A stretch of 63,725 nucleotides of DNA, counting the filler, from Octopus bimaculoides (lineage: Eukaryota): NCBI RefSeq assembly GCF_001194135.2. It is 4 parts of 4 records of this genome, joined end to end, with 100 filler letters (N's around TTAATTAATTAA, not from the genome) between each part and the next. Parts side by side here need not be neighbours in the genome. Positions count along the whole stretch, not along the records: positions 28,501 to 56,228 come from NC_068983.1; 3 more parts are not named here. One strand, written 5' to 3'. Made by a program: the position numbers and the translations under genes. Shown here piece by piece: positions 37,876 through 49,949 of this stretch (position 1 is its first letter; each line of letters starts with the position of its first letter). Below the pieces are notes generated by a model. It had not been told where the DNA came from. It saw only the letters and a program-made list of their open reading frames with translations, and searched no databases.

Positions 37876-40611
37876 CAAAAAATTCTGCACTATAGGCAAT
37901 ATGAGCTTAAATATATCTAATGTGATTTTCCTGGTCGAGGAAGAAGACTTATCTTTGAATTAACCGAAGTTTATTACTGGTATTTATTTTATCAACGTGT
38001 AGCAAGTCTTTAATACTGTCATTTAATGTGTAGGAATGCATCATGCACCAAAATAAATATCTCCCTGCCGAATGAGATCGTGAAAAATTCTGATGTCCGG
38101 CTGAAGCTATTTCTTTTTCTTAAACTGCTGTCATTGGAAAGTTATGCATGTCACAACAACTGAAACCTGATTTTTTTTTCGTCTAAAGTATGAAGGTCTT
38201 TAATCATAGCTACACAATGTCTTACAGACAAACAAGATACTGATGTCCAGACACCGTTGATCGTTACTCTGCTTGGTTCAGACCTGAATTGGAGCTTAAC
38301 AAAAAGTTAAAAGAAGCATGCCCGTAAAATAACAATATAATTTGTTTGAAACATTGCTATGTGAGTCCAAAGCAAAACCTATGACTATGACAATAATATT
38401 ATTATTCTAACTAGCGGGACACGTGAATATTTAACGGATTCATCACCACCTCTACCTCCCTGTCCCCTCCACTATCTCTCCTCCCCAACCCCCTCTCGTT
38501 AACTAATCACGTGGAAGCATTACGGACGGGCTAAGTAACGGAGGAACAAGCAGAATTATTATAAGATTGTATATAAATATAAATCTTCAAGTGGTTGGAA
38601 GAAAACGAAAAGGATGTTCATTTTCTTTTATTACACTCCATGTAAAACAAATACCGCAAATCATTCGCTATTTCATCATTATTATTTTTTTATTATGTTT
38701 GAAAAAACACTTGAAATCTTTTTTTATTCATTCTTTTTAAAATTCTTTTTAAAATTAAAGGTTCCGTAATGTTTTCAGTTTCAGTAATTCGTCTTTCATT
38801 CAATTTTTACCGTTCCCTTTTTGTTTTCATTCAAAACAAATTGCATACAGATCAGTGGGTACGCAACGATAGACTGAACTTGCCATGGCGACAAGCAGTT
38901 TCGACTTCTGCTTGTGAGGATACCAGACTTAGCTCATTGGTTAAAATTACGTAAATTTAAATGTTTTTAACTTCTTGCTTTTTTTTTTATTTTCGGAAAA
39001 ATAAATGCCATTTTCGTCATCAGCATACAAAAATACACCAGTAAGGAAAATTTGAAAACAGTACATTGAAAATTTTAAAATAATCCTCAAGTGGTTGGAA
39101 GAAAACGAAAAAGATCCGATATTCGAGTTCATATTCAAACCTACGGCTTGAGTTTGAATTCTACTAAGATCGACAGCTTTTCATTCTTCCAGGGTCAGTA
39201 AAATAAATACCGTAAAATTCCATGTATAGTAGGCTACCATATGTAACACACATCTCGATTTTGGGATGTAAATTGTCTTAGAGAATAATAATATATGTCA
39301 TACGCAGTCTAATAATATATGTCATACGCAGCTCAAATCTAATTTTAATTTTGATTTTGATAAATAAAAATATCATACGTGGGATCATATGGTTTTAGTG
39401 AAATATAGGATCGATATAGTCGATCACATCTCTCTCCCATAATGTAAATGGTCTTGTTGTCAATGCTAGAAATCACTATTCACTTCTTCCTTTTCCACGA
39501 GCTGAACACCTTAAAACGTGCGGTTTGCCAATGTTTATATTCGCTAGTGCACTGGGCTGTTGCTGGTAATCCATACAGTTCTGAAGAGTATATTTCTGGG
39601 GTTCATTGTAATTAAAACAATTAAAATTATATGCATTTAATCGAATAGAAGAAATAATTTTATTTATAATTGTGTAAATAAATCGTAAAAGAATCGTCGT
39701 TGTTAAATATGCATCTTATCTTAGCTAAACAAACATTTACTGTAATCTGCTGGGATGATGAAAAGTTGTAGTGCAAAGGATAAGCTGGTTAAGAGGAAAA
39801 CTGGTACCAGTATATAAAGTCAGCAGAATAGCAAAATATTTATCGAGAATATCATCAATGTAAACACAGTTACAATATCAAGGAGCAGGTGAAGATGTTG
39901 GCCCGCTAAGTCGGTACTGCAACAGAGATGAAAGAAACTTTGATGTAGATTCATACTGGATATGACAGTGAGAGTGTAATGGTGATATTAGGGGTGGTGA
40001 ATGTGGTAATGTTTGCGGTGATGAAACTAATGGGATCAGCATAATTCATAATCTAAGGTTAAATTTCTTCTTTTGATTTCATACCCAGTTACAGAGTAGG
40101 GGAAGAATTGGCGCCTAGGTCGAATATCTGTAGAGCATAATTCAGTAGTAGTTGGCTAAAATAGACGATGCTGAATCTTTAATTGGGAAGGGATCTTAAC
40201 TGAAATGAGAGAAGGCTTGCTATTTAGAAGGAGAAAAAGTTAACGATAAGAAACTGCAATGTAAATATAGTTTGAAGTTGGCTACTGCATATAAACAGGT
40301 TTAATGATGAAAAGACAAGCAGAGAACAAGAAAAACAGAGAAGTATTAACAGACAGTAAAACAGGAAGTTACAACCAGTTTGTGTGTATCTAAGAGAATA
40401 CTTTAGTCTATATTAACTGATATAGAGTAACATTGAATTGTATATGTTTACAGAGAACTTTAGAACCAAAGAGCGTAAGGGTAAATTCATGTCATTAAAA
40501 TTTACTCATTGTTAGCCGTGTGCTGTAGTGCGAAAAGTAAACCGCTGCGAAATGTAGTGGCAAACTTTTTTCGATTTCCGATTGAAGAAAATTCACCACA
40601 TGTACACTGAT

Positions 40612-41278
40612 CAGTGGCGGCTCGTAGATAAAATTAGTGTGGATGCTGCTTCAGAAAAGTTTTAGCCGTAGTTTTAATGTTGTGTAAAAGGAAACAAACA
40701 TATAAAAAGAATATTTATACATAAACTTGATCGGTTCGCGTTTTAGCCACTGCCGGGCAGTGTGCTTAATTTGTTCACCGAATATCACCGTGAATTCCCC
40801 CTTGTTTTTCAAAAGTCCCCTTTAAATCGCAAAATGAGAGGGGAAAATCTGCCCTATTTTTCAAGGAAGCAGGATAATAATCTAATTCTGCAATATCACA
40901 TTCAAGAAAATAAACACGTTTTTAAGCAAAACACACGCGGAGTCAAACAGAAACACTACCTTTCACCAGCACTGCGTGAACGACAATGCTGTCTCTCTCT
41001 AGCATGAAGCTTCCTATCTCGGACATGTGAACATGCGCACAACAGCCAAACACTGCATCACTGGAACTGTGAAGCGCACTGTTCTATACAAGGAGTTTTG
41101 TATTTTTTTTCATAAACCAGAAGATGGCTACCGACATTAAGCTTAAGGATTATATAATGTACAAGTATAAAGAAAGAATTAATGAAAAAAGGACTCATTA
41201 TATTGAATATTATCGATAATATCTAGTGGAAATAGAGGGTGCTGCAGTTCTACAGTGTCTATATACGAGCCGCCACTG
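40612..41278. mobile_element. hAT-type MITE, 667 bp
   Basis: Perfect 15-bp TIR CAGTGGCGGCTCGTA / TACGAGCCGCCACTG; perfect 8-bp TSD ACACTGAT at 40604-40611 and 41279-41286. Confidence 0.92.
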
Positions 41279-41910
41279 ACACTGATAATAATTTACCTTT
41301 CTAAAAGTAATGAATGCAGTTTTATATCTTTACATATTTATGGTCTTGTGTGTGACCCAAAATTAATATTTAGTTGTTAGCCATATCGATTATTGTAGAG
41401 GTTAACCACGAGCCTGTTTTGCATCTTGATTAAAGTTATTTCATTTTATTTCTATTGCTGTTACTCTTTAGAGGCACCTCGTATGTAAAAATTACTTTTT
41501 GTTGTTAATGTATTAAATGGCGCAAAGCTAAGATGGCGAGATATTGTGTGTCGCAGTGAATGAAATATCGATACACGTGTAAAAACCCATTTATATCCCA
41601 TATTTTGAAAGTAGGTGGATGATATGGAAATTGTTGCTTTGTTCATTGGTATCCTTGAAATGTGATCTGATTATTAAATATTGTAATTAGTGACTACGGT
41701 TTAAGCCGAAATAAATACTCTACACTATATAGATGAATTAAGAAAGAAAAACAAAGATGGAATTTTAAAATCTGTTTAAGAAGTGAATTCTCCTGTCGAT
41801 CAAAATACAAAATTACAATAAGATAGACACATACGATACAATGTTAATAAGGTATATAGACATTACTAACATTTGGTGGATTAACGAGTCGATGTAATTA
41901 TTTTTTAAAA

Positions 41911-42127
41911 ATTGATTTTAAATTTTGGCAGAAGGCCAACAATTTCAAGGGGAGGTGATAAGTCGATTACATCGACCTCAGTGCTCAACTGGTACCTAAT
42001 TTATCGACCACGAAAGGATAAAAGGCAAAGTCGACCTTGTGGAATTCGAACTCAGAACATAAAGACGGACGAAATGCCACTATTCGTTTTTTCCCGGCGT
42101 GCTAACGATTCTGCCAGCTCGTCGTCC
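41911..42127 (-). mobile_element. SINE group A
   Basis: Ends CGTGCTAACGATTCTGCCAGCTCGTCGTCC. Confidence 0.9.
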
Positions 42128-42962
42128 TAAACATTTTTATAATATTAAACTAACTGTACATGTGGAAATTCCGCGGCACGTTTTGTGGCACAGTGTCAGC
42201 CATAAACATCTCACCACTCGGCAATTACATCCCGTCATTTATTTCATAATCCTNNNNNNNNNNNNNNNNNNNNNNNNNNNNNNNNNNNNNNNNNNNNNNN
42301 NNNNNNNNNNNNNNNNNNNNNNNNNNNNNNNNNNNNNNNNNNNNNNNNNNNNNNNNNNNNNNNNNNNNNNNNNNNNNNNNNNNNNNNNNNNNNNNNNNNN
42401 NNNNNNNNNNNNNNNNNNNNNNNNNNNNNNNNNNNNNNNNNNNNNNNNNNNNNNNNNNNNNNNNNNNNNNNNNNNNNNNNNNNNNNNNNNNNNNNNNNNN
42501 NNNNNNNNNNNNNNNNNNNNNNNNNNNNNNNNNNNNNNNNNNNNNNNNNNNNNNNNNNNNNNNNNNNNNNNNNNNNNNNNNNNNNNNNNNNNNNNNNNNN
42601 NNNNNNNNNNNNNNNNNNNNNNNNNNNNNNNNNNNNNNNNNNNNNNNNNNNNNNNNNNNNNNNNNNNNNNNNNNNNNNNNNNNNNNNNNNNNNNNNNNNN
42701 NNNNNNNNNNNNNNNNNNNNNNNNNNNNNNNNNNNNNNNNNNNNNNNNNNNNNNNNNNNNNNNNNNNNNNNNNNNNNNNNNNNNNNNNNNNNNNNNNNNN
42801 NNNNNNNNNNNNNNNNNNNNNNNNNNNNNNNNNNNNNNNNNNNNNNNNNNNNNNNNNNNNNNNNNNNNNNNNNNNNNNNNNNNNNNNNNNNNNNNNNNNN
42901 NNNNNNNNNNNNNNNNNNNNNNNNNNNNNNNNNNNNNNNNNNNNNNNNNNNNNNNNNNNNNN

Positions 42963-43017
<55 letters not shown>

Positions 43018-43099
43018 ATGCACTCAAAGTTAATTGTCGCCTGTGTGTGCGCGCCCAATAGTGTTCGTGTGCGTGTGTATTTTATTAGTTTAGTGTGAA

Positions 43100-43480
43100 A
43101 TACGAAGGTTTTAGCCATGGCTTTGGCAAGATCTCCGAGACTGCTGAAGTTGACGTAGTTAATTTCCTTTTCCAAAATTTGCAAGTTGACATCTACCGGA
43201 ACAAGCTAGAGCAGGGAGGAAAATTCAGAAGGCTAACGTTCTGGGAGAAAGAAATTAGCGTGGTGGTTATTGCGGTGTGAAGGTGAATTGGTGTGGGTGG
43301 ACACAAGGTAGGTATCGTTGACAGGGCAGTTGAGTGAATCGGGAGTAACAGAGTGGAGGTAGCTTGAGGTAGATAGTTCTGTAAAGCAGATGCCACTCTA
43401 GAATCGGTAGAAATGCAGAGAGAGGAGACAGCATATTAGTGGAAAGATGCTAGAGTGCGTTGGCGAGTGATTTCAAACCA
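43100..43480 (-). mobile_element. L2/CR1/jockey-group LINE 3' remnant
   Basis: Minus translation LHFYRF*SGICFTELS...HTNSPSHRNNHHANFFLPER...VNLQILEKEIN parallels the terminus of the copy at 52920-53250. Confidence 0.6.
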
Positions 43481-44039
43481 GTTTATCAGTCGGCCTTTTC
43501 TTTTTGAGGTAGCTAGAGATTGCTGTATGTGATCTTAAAATTACGGATTTTTCCCGCCTGTGCGTTCGGCTTGAACAAACGCATACACATGCATTCATGT
43601 ATCCATATACACATGCGATTGTTCAACTGTTGGCTGTTGCTCTTAATAATACAGAAGGGAAGGGATTTACTATGCTATAAAAAATATAATTGAAATAATT
43701 GACATGTAGATTTTCGATCAATGGAATATCTTTAATATACGAATAAACTGTGACTGAATAACGTATACGAAAGACGAAACCAGGCGTGAATATGTAAAAT
43801 ATTATGGAACAGGATAAAATAACAGAAAAGTTATAGGACGAAGCTAAACCAGGAAATGTAGAAAGTTTTTGAAGTATGGCAAAGCTTAGTTGTAAGAAGT
43901 GGAAGCGTTTACACAGAAAAAAATCCCCAGGAAAAATGGCGTCAACTTCATTCTATACATACATACATTACATACATACACACACGCGCGCGCGCACACA
44001 TACATACATACATACATACATACATACATGCTTTTTGTT

Positions 44040-44260
44040 TAGTTCCAGGACAGTCTTGATTTAACAGAATTTCAATCAACGGCATTCCATCCGTGGCAAT
44101 CCTGTCTTATTTTCCTATACAGTATAACTATGAGTGGAGACAGCACATCATTGAATGTGTCCGTTCCCTTTATTTAAGAAGAGAGTGTGTTATTTGAGTG
44201 AGATTTAATGTATATTTCTAGTAGAACGAGCGAACATTTAAAGGCTTCCTCGTTAGCTTG
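44040..44260 (-). mobile_element. Group D repeat
   Basis: ATCAACGGCATTCCATCCGTGGCAATCCTGTC...GTGTTATTTGAGTGAGATTT, reverse complement of the 51075-51310 type. Confidence 0.6.
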
Positions 44261-45495
44261 AGACAGATTTTTCACTATAACTAGTGGTGAAACGGAGCAG
44301 AGTTAATTTTCATGTAATTAATCTGCTTCGCTACACCGAAACATTTCATGCTTTAATGAACAACGGCGAAGAGATCCGAGTTGAAAAAGTGGCTTATTAG
44401 TTTTGCATCAATGAATGACGTTTATTGATCTGTGTAAGTGGGCATTGAGCTCTCTCACTCCCCTCTATGTACGTGTGTATGCAGTGAGGTTGTAATATTT
44501 GGCGTTGAATACTAAAGTTTTGTGTAAGAAGAGGCAGAGTAGACAGAAAGAGAAATATAGAGCAAGATGTATTAGTATGCACACAAATAAACAAGCATAA
44601 AGACATGGACATTACATAAAATCATACTAGAAAAGCTAAGTTGTAGAAGTGAGGATTACGTAACAAACTATTTTGCTTTAAAGCCAAATCTTATAATAAA
44701 TAGGCCATGTCTTTCTAGATATGTGTTAAAATTATCATAAGCTTAACTCTCTCTCTCTTCCTCTCCTTCTAATTGTTATTTTCTCTTTATTTCTCTTTCT
44801 ACCACTCCTTCGGCTTCTCACCATCCCCAACACTTCCTTCCCAATAGCGGCTCATTTGAAACAAGTGTCTCGGTAGTAGATCAAAAGAATAAGATAATAT
44901 ACATAGATCATCTTGTCATCCTATCTCACCGAATGATCACCGCGATTTAGAAATGGCGTCAAAGACGTGGTAATATATTTTTAAAGTCATCGGTTCAAAT
45001 ATTTGAATTAACAGACCAGAAACTGATAATTTTTATGGAGATTGATATACAATAAAATGGTAACCAATCTGCACACAGGCACATACACATACGTACGTAC
45101 ACATGTTCAACATCGTATTGGTGGATAAAATTTCTTTATTTGTGTATTAAGGGTACCATTGCTTTCATGTTAAGAAAATATCTTAATATCTTTACAATTT
45201 TTCTAGCCAATTGGCTGGAAATATATATATATATATATATATATATANNNNNNNNNNNNNNNNNNNNNNNNNNNNNNNNNNNNNNNNNNNNNNNNNNNNN
45301 NNNNNNNNNNNNNNNNNNNNNNNNNNNNNNNNNNNNNNNNNNNNNNNNNNNNNNNNNNNNNNNNNNNNNNNNNNNNNNNNNNNNNNNNNNNNNNNNNNNN
45401 NNNNNNNNNNNNNNNNNNNNNNNNNNNNNNNNNNNNNNNNNNNNNNNNNNNNNNNNNNNNNNNNNNNNNNNNNNNNNNNNNNNNNNNNNNNNNNN

Positions 45496-45752
45496 GAAAG
45501 AAGCCCGTCGTATATATGTATATATATGTGTATGTGTGTGTTTGTGTGTCTGTGTTTGTCCCCCCCCCAACATCGCTTGACAACCGATGCTGGTGTGTTT
45601 ACGTCCTCGTAACTTAGCAGTTCGGCAAAAGAGACCGATAGAATAAGTACTAGGCTTCCAAAGAATAAGTCCTGGGGTCGATTTGCTCGACTAAAGGCGG
45701 TGCTCCAGCATGGTGGCAGTCAAATGACTGAAACAAGTAAAAGAGTAAAAGA
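45496..45752 (+). mobile_element. SINE group B 3' half (5' half in gap)
   Basis: Closely similar to 33560-33825. Confidence 0.92.
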
Positions 45753-46254
45753 GTATATATATATAGGTAAGCAGAGTTAGCAGTTGTAATAACTGTCTGA
45801 GGGATAATAGTATCCGTACATACTATCGCTATCAATTACCTATGCTATCCCCGGGCATGGGTATGCAGGCACACTACGCTGGTAGGATGCAGGTAGCAAC
45901 AGAATAAACGAAAGTTTATCAGGAATCAAATTTAAATAATCAGAAAATGTAGAAAACTTTTGATCAACAAACAAATTGACCAACATAGATTGATTATTTT
46001 TTAATACAAAACATGACATATACATATCATATAGGTACGTATTGTATGTAATGTAATACATATCTCTTTAAAAAACGGGTGCAGGCGTGGGTGGCTATGT
46101 GGTAGGAAGTTTGCTTCAAAGCCACATGGTTCCTGTTTCTGTCTCACTGCTTGGTACCAGAGACAAGTGGCTACTATTGTAGTCTCGGGCCAATCAAACC
46201 TTTGTGAGTGGGTGTGTTATACGGAAACTGAAAGAAACCCGTCATATACGTTTG

Positions 46255-46426
46255 ACCGTTGACTGAACACTATTCAATTTTTTTTCTCCGTGTTTTTCTC
46301 CTTGTCTCCGTATTCTTTCTGTTGAAGAGCGTAGCTCGAAACGTCAAAGACTTTCCGTATTCCCGAGCGTCATACTAATACATCCTTTTGTTATTTACAC
46401 CACCTGTCCTCGTCTGTTGTTGTTTT
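46255..46426 (+). mobile_element. Penelope-like element terminal repeat (pLTR) fragment
   Basis: Pyrimidine-rich stretch plus a minimal hammerhead motif, the known signature of PLE pLTRs. Confidence 0.65.
46314..46350 (+). ncRNA. Minimal type I hammerhead ribozyme-like motif (variant core)
   Basis: Helix I TCTTT(46314-18)/AAAGA(46346-50); core CTGTTGA+A; helix II GAGC-gta-GCTC; GAAA; palindromic loopless helix III ACGT; predicted GTC cleavage after 46345. Confidence 0.7.
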
Positions 46427-46497
46427 NNNNNNNNNNNNNNNNNNNNNNNNNNNNNNNNNNNNNNNNNNNNNNNNNNNNNNNNNNNNNNNNNNNNNNN

Positions 46498-46533
<36 letters not shown>

Positions 46534-46974
46534 GTGTGTGTCTATATGTCCCCCACACATACACACTTGACAAGCAGTATTGATGTGTTTACGTCACTGT
46601 AATTTAACTGTTGGGCAAAAGAAACGAATAGAATAAATACCAGGTTTAAAAAAAAAAAAGAATTGCTGGGGGCCGATTCGTTCGACTAAAATTCTTTAAG
46701 GCGGTACCCCAGCATGACCGTAGTCTAATTACTGAAACAAGTAAAAGATGAAAGACTGTTTTTCATGAATAAACCGTAACAATCAATTGATACCATCAAA
46801 CAATATATAGAGAAAGTAATTTTAAGGATGTAGTTAGATCTGCACCAGCTTTCTTCCTCTCATTTCATATTTATAAATACTTACGTGTTTATCCCCGAGT
46901 TATCACTAATCGAACAGATCGATACCTATATTTTTCCAGCATTGACCATCCACCTCTTAGTATCACCAGCACTA

Positions 46975-47170
46975 TTCTTTTACTTGTTTCAGTCATTTAG
47001 CTGCGGCCATGCTGGAGCACCACCTTAATTGATTTTAGCCGAAGAAATCGATCCCAAGACTTATTATTTATAAGCCTAGTACTTAGTTACGGGGACGTAA
47101 CTAAGTTACGAGGACGTAAACACACCAATATCGGTTGTCAAGCGATGATGGTGGAACATCAGACACGCCT
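46975..47170 (-). mobile_element. SINE group B 3' half, inverted relative to neighbours
   Basis: TTTTACTTGTTTCAGTCATT...GCCATGCTGGAGCACC...GGTTGTCAAGCGATG. Confidence 0.9.
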
Positions 47171-47217
47171 ACGCCTGTATTATCACCTCTTAAAGAATAT
47201 TATTAGAATGCGATGTT

Positions 47218-47500
47218 GAAGGCGTGTGGCCTAGTCATCAGGATGTTGGACTCACGATCGTAAGTTTGTAGTTTCGAGTCCCAGACTGGTGGTGTGTTGC
47301 ATTCGTCAACGAAACATTTCTTTTCACGTTGTTCCAGTCCACTTAGCTGAAAGTGAGTATCAGCAATAGTCGGAGCTTAACCCTGCAACTGACTGGCGTC
47401 TTATTCTGGGAGGACTGTTATACTCTCGGTCGCTTGTACTTTATGGAAACCAGGATAAGTTCCGACCTAATAATCCCGTAAACTCGTGAGAGACTTAGAT
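47218..47500 (+). mobile_element. tRNA-derived SINE, degenerate
   Basis: A-box-like TGGCCTAGTCA, B-box-like GTTTCGAGTCC, and the module AACCCTGCAACTGACTGGCGTC...GGAAACCAGG related to 37755-37830. Confidence 0.7.
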
Positions 47501-47999
47501 GTAAGAAAGAGATTTGGCTGTTGTTTCTCACAGGTTGTACACAGATTTTTCTCGTTGTCAAGTCATTTTAGTTTGTTACTTACTGAGTCTGGAGGCAGTG
47601 CTCATGATCTTCGTCGGCCTTGTGAGACCTGTGATTCCGATGCTATAAAAGACCCATGAAACTACTGAAAGTCAACACCTAGCTGAAGGGAAGACATGAG
47701 CAAGGATAGGAGTTCTAGAACGACTGAATGTAGTGGTTAGGGTTTAGTGAGACAAGAGGGAAGAGAGGAGGAGAGACAAGGGAATTATAGAATCCTAGTA
47801 GAGGTGGCAGGAGATCAGTTAGATCCAGAGACCAGATGCCACTATTGGAGCAGGAGAAAAGGCAGAGATGGAGAGAGAGAGAGATAGGTGGGAGAGGTAA
47901 AGCTAGAGACAGAGAAGGAGAGAGAGAGAGAGAGATAGATGGGAGAGATAAAGCTAGAGACAGAGAAAAAAAATGGACGTCTGTGGGTCAGGCTGGATA

Positions 48000-48383
48000 G
48001 TGTCTGTAAGCGAGTTTATACCAGTCAGTCGAGTGTTGTGGGTTTTGTCAATTAAGTCAAGCCTAGTACTTGACAAGCACTTTATTTCATCGACCCCAGA
48101 AGGTTGAGAGGCAAAGTCAACTTTGGGATCTGAACTTAGAACACAAAAGGACATAATTAAACAACGCTTACTAATCTTGGTACAGGAGGACTTGCAATTT
48201 TGTGGGCAGAGTGAAGCTGATTGTATCGACTGCAATGTTCGACTGGTACTTATTTTATCGACTGTGAAATGATGAAAGGCAAAGTCAACCTGAAGGGCAT
48301 TTGAACTCAGAACGTAAAGAGCCGGAAAAATTGCCGCTAAGCATTTTGTTTGGCACAGTAACGATCCTGCCGACTCACTGCCA
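48000..48383 (-). mobile_element. Two tandem SINE group A-related copies (48000-48160, 48165-48383)
   Basis: Each carries TTTATCGAC...GGCAAAGTCAAC...TGAACT(C/T)AGAAC. Confidence 0.75.
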
Positions 48384-49949
48384 CGTTTTTAGTTTGTCTA
48401 TACATTGATATATTTCCTCCGTACAATGACTTGCCGCCTGTTTCATCTATCTGGAAGTATGATATCCGATTTGTCATTAATTTTCTAAAACTATTGAGTG
48501 TGATTTAATGAAGATCTGGTTACTATTTTTAGCATGCCCAGCAACCACTTGGAGATTCTCTTATTGACTTGTAGTGCTTTTAAATTAGATGGCCGAGTAA
48601 AAAAAGGAAGTACTTAAACCAGTTGAAATTTAAAATGTTCATTTTTTATCACCGACAATCCTATGTGCCTCAAATAGCTCAGTCTATCCAGATACAAGAA
48701 GGTACCATAGAATACAGTCAACTCATCGCTATAAGTCGTGGTAGTGTCGAATATTTGATAAATACGTAAACTATCTTCTGAGATGAGTTCAAACTATCCT
48801 GTGATCCCGGAGGAGGCGTGGTAATACACTTCAGTATAACCTTTCCTAGAAACGGTGCATAAAAACCAGTTCTGCATCAGGGCTTCGTAACCAATAAGGT
48901 GACATTGATTAGCAGGATCGACTGAAGGTTTAGCCAGGACCTGCACATGCAGTGATAATGCAGCGTCTTGTGTTTTGGGGTCTTCGAAATAAATGGGGAT
49001 AAAAATGTAAATAGATAAAATATACACTTTATTCCTATATTTAATAAATTGTTTTAAACAATATATTTCTTCATTTTACATGTTTCCTTCCTTGTGAGAC
49101 TTAAGAACTATTTTTGCAAGGGTGCCGAAACTCTACTGGCCAATAAGCATTTTGTTCAGCGTGCTAATAATTCTGCCAACTCGTCTCCCTCACAATAATG
49201 ATGATGATTATGATGATGATTTTATTCGGGCACAAAATAAATATTATGAAATATGTCACAACACCGTGACATGGCAATATTGACCGACTGGTCTAACATA
49301 ATCGTTAAAAGATTATGAAAACAAAACGCTTTTTTTTTTACATTGTTTGATGTCATGTCGTATGGAATAAAAACACTGAATCATTAAATCACCCCTGCCC
49401 ACCACACACACATTTACCCAGAGACCTACGCATTAGTGTACCAGGAATGTGAGCGTTTGTGTGAGCGTTTGTGTGAGCGTTTGTGTGAGCATGTATGAGT
49501 TATGGACTAAACTGTGAGGTCTTTTAGTAATGCATAAGACAGTTATAGTAGTAATTGAAACAATAACAGTAAAAGCAACAAAACTTATAATAAAATTCAT
49601 ATTTGAGATCAGGGATTAGTTGATCCATTTAACCTAGTACTTGAATGATACTTTATTTTATCGGCCTTCAGAGGGATTGAAGGCCAAGTTCACAATCTTT
49701 ATTTTTTGCATGTTTATATTCCAAACTCAACTGTGCTTGTGTTATTTTTACTTCATCAGATTACTTCACCCCAGATTAAGATTTTTTTCGAAGGACGGTG
49801 GATTTCAGTTTTTTGTACTCCTCTCCAACTTCAGTATTTTCCTTAATATTAGTGTTTTGAAGTTACATCTGCCTCGCCAATTTTAGGTTTTTGCCCTGAC
49901 TTTTCTTGTTTTTGAAAATTTTCCTTTTTCTTGTGTATTTCATTCGATA

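Larger units (their letters stand above)
46077..46755 (+). mobile_element. SINE group B interrupted by a PLE terminal-repeat fragment and a gap
   Basis: Head 46077-46250, tail 46498-46755. Confidence 0.8.

Noticed and set aside
47500-47990. Solo LTR (TATAAAA at ~47644, purine-rich body); similar idea for 16040-16680
   Set aside because: No TG...CA ends with TSD and no second copy in the window.
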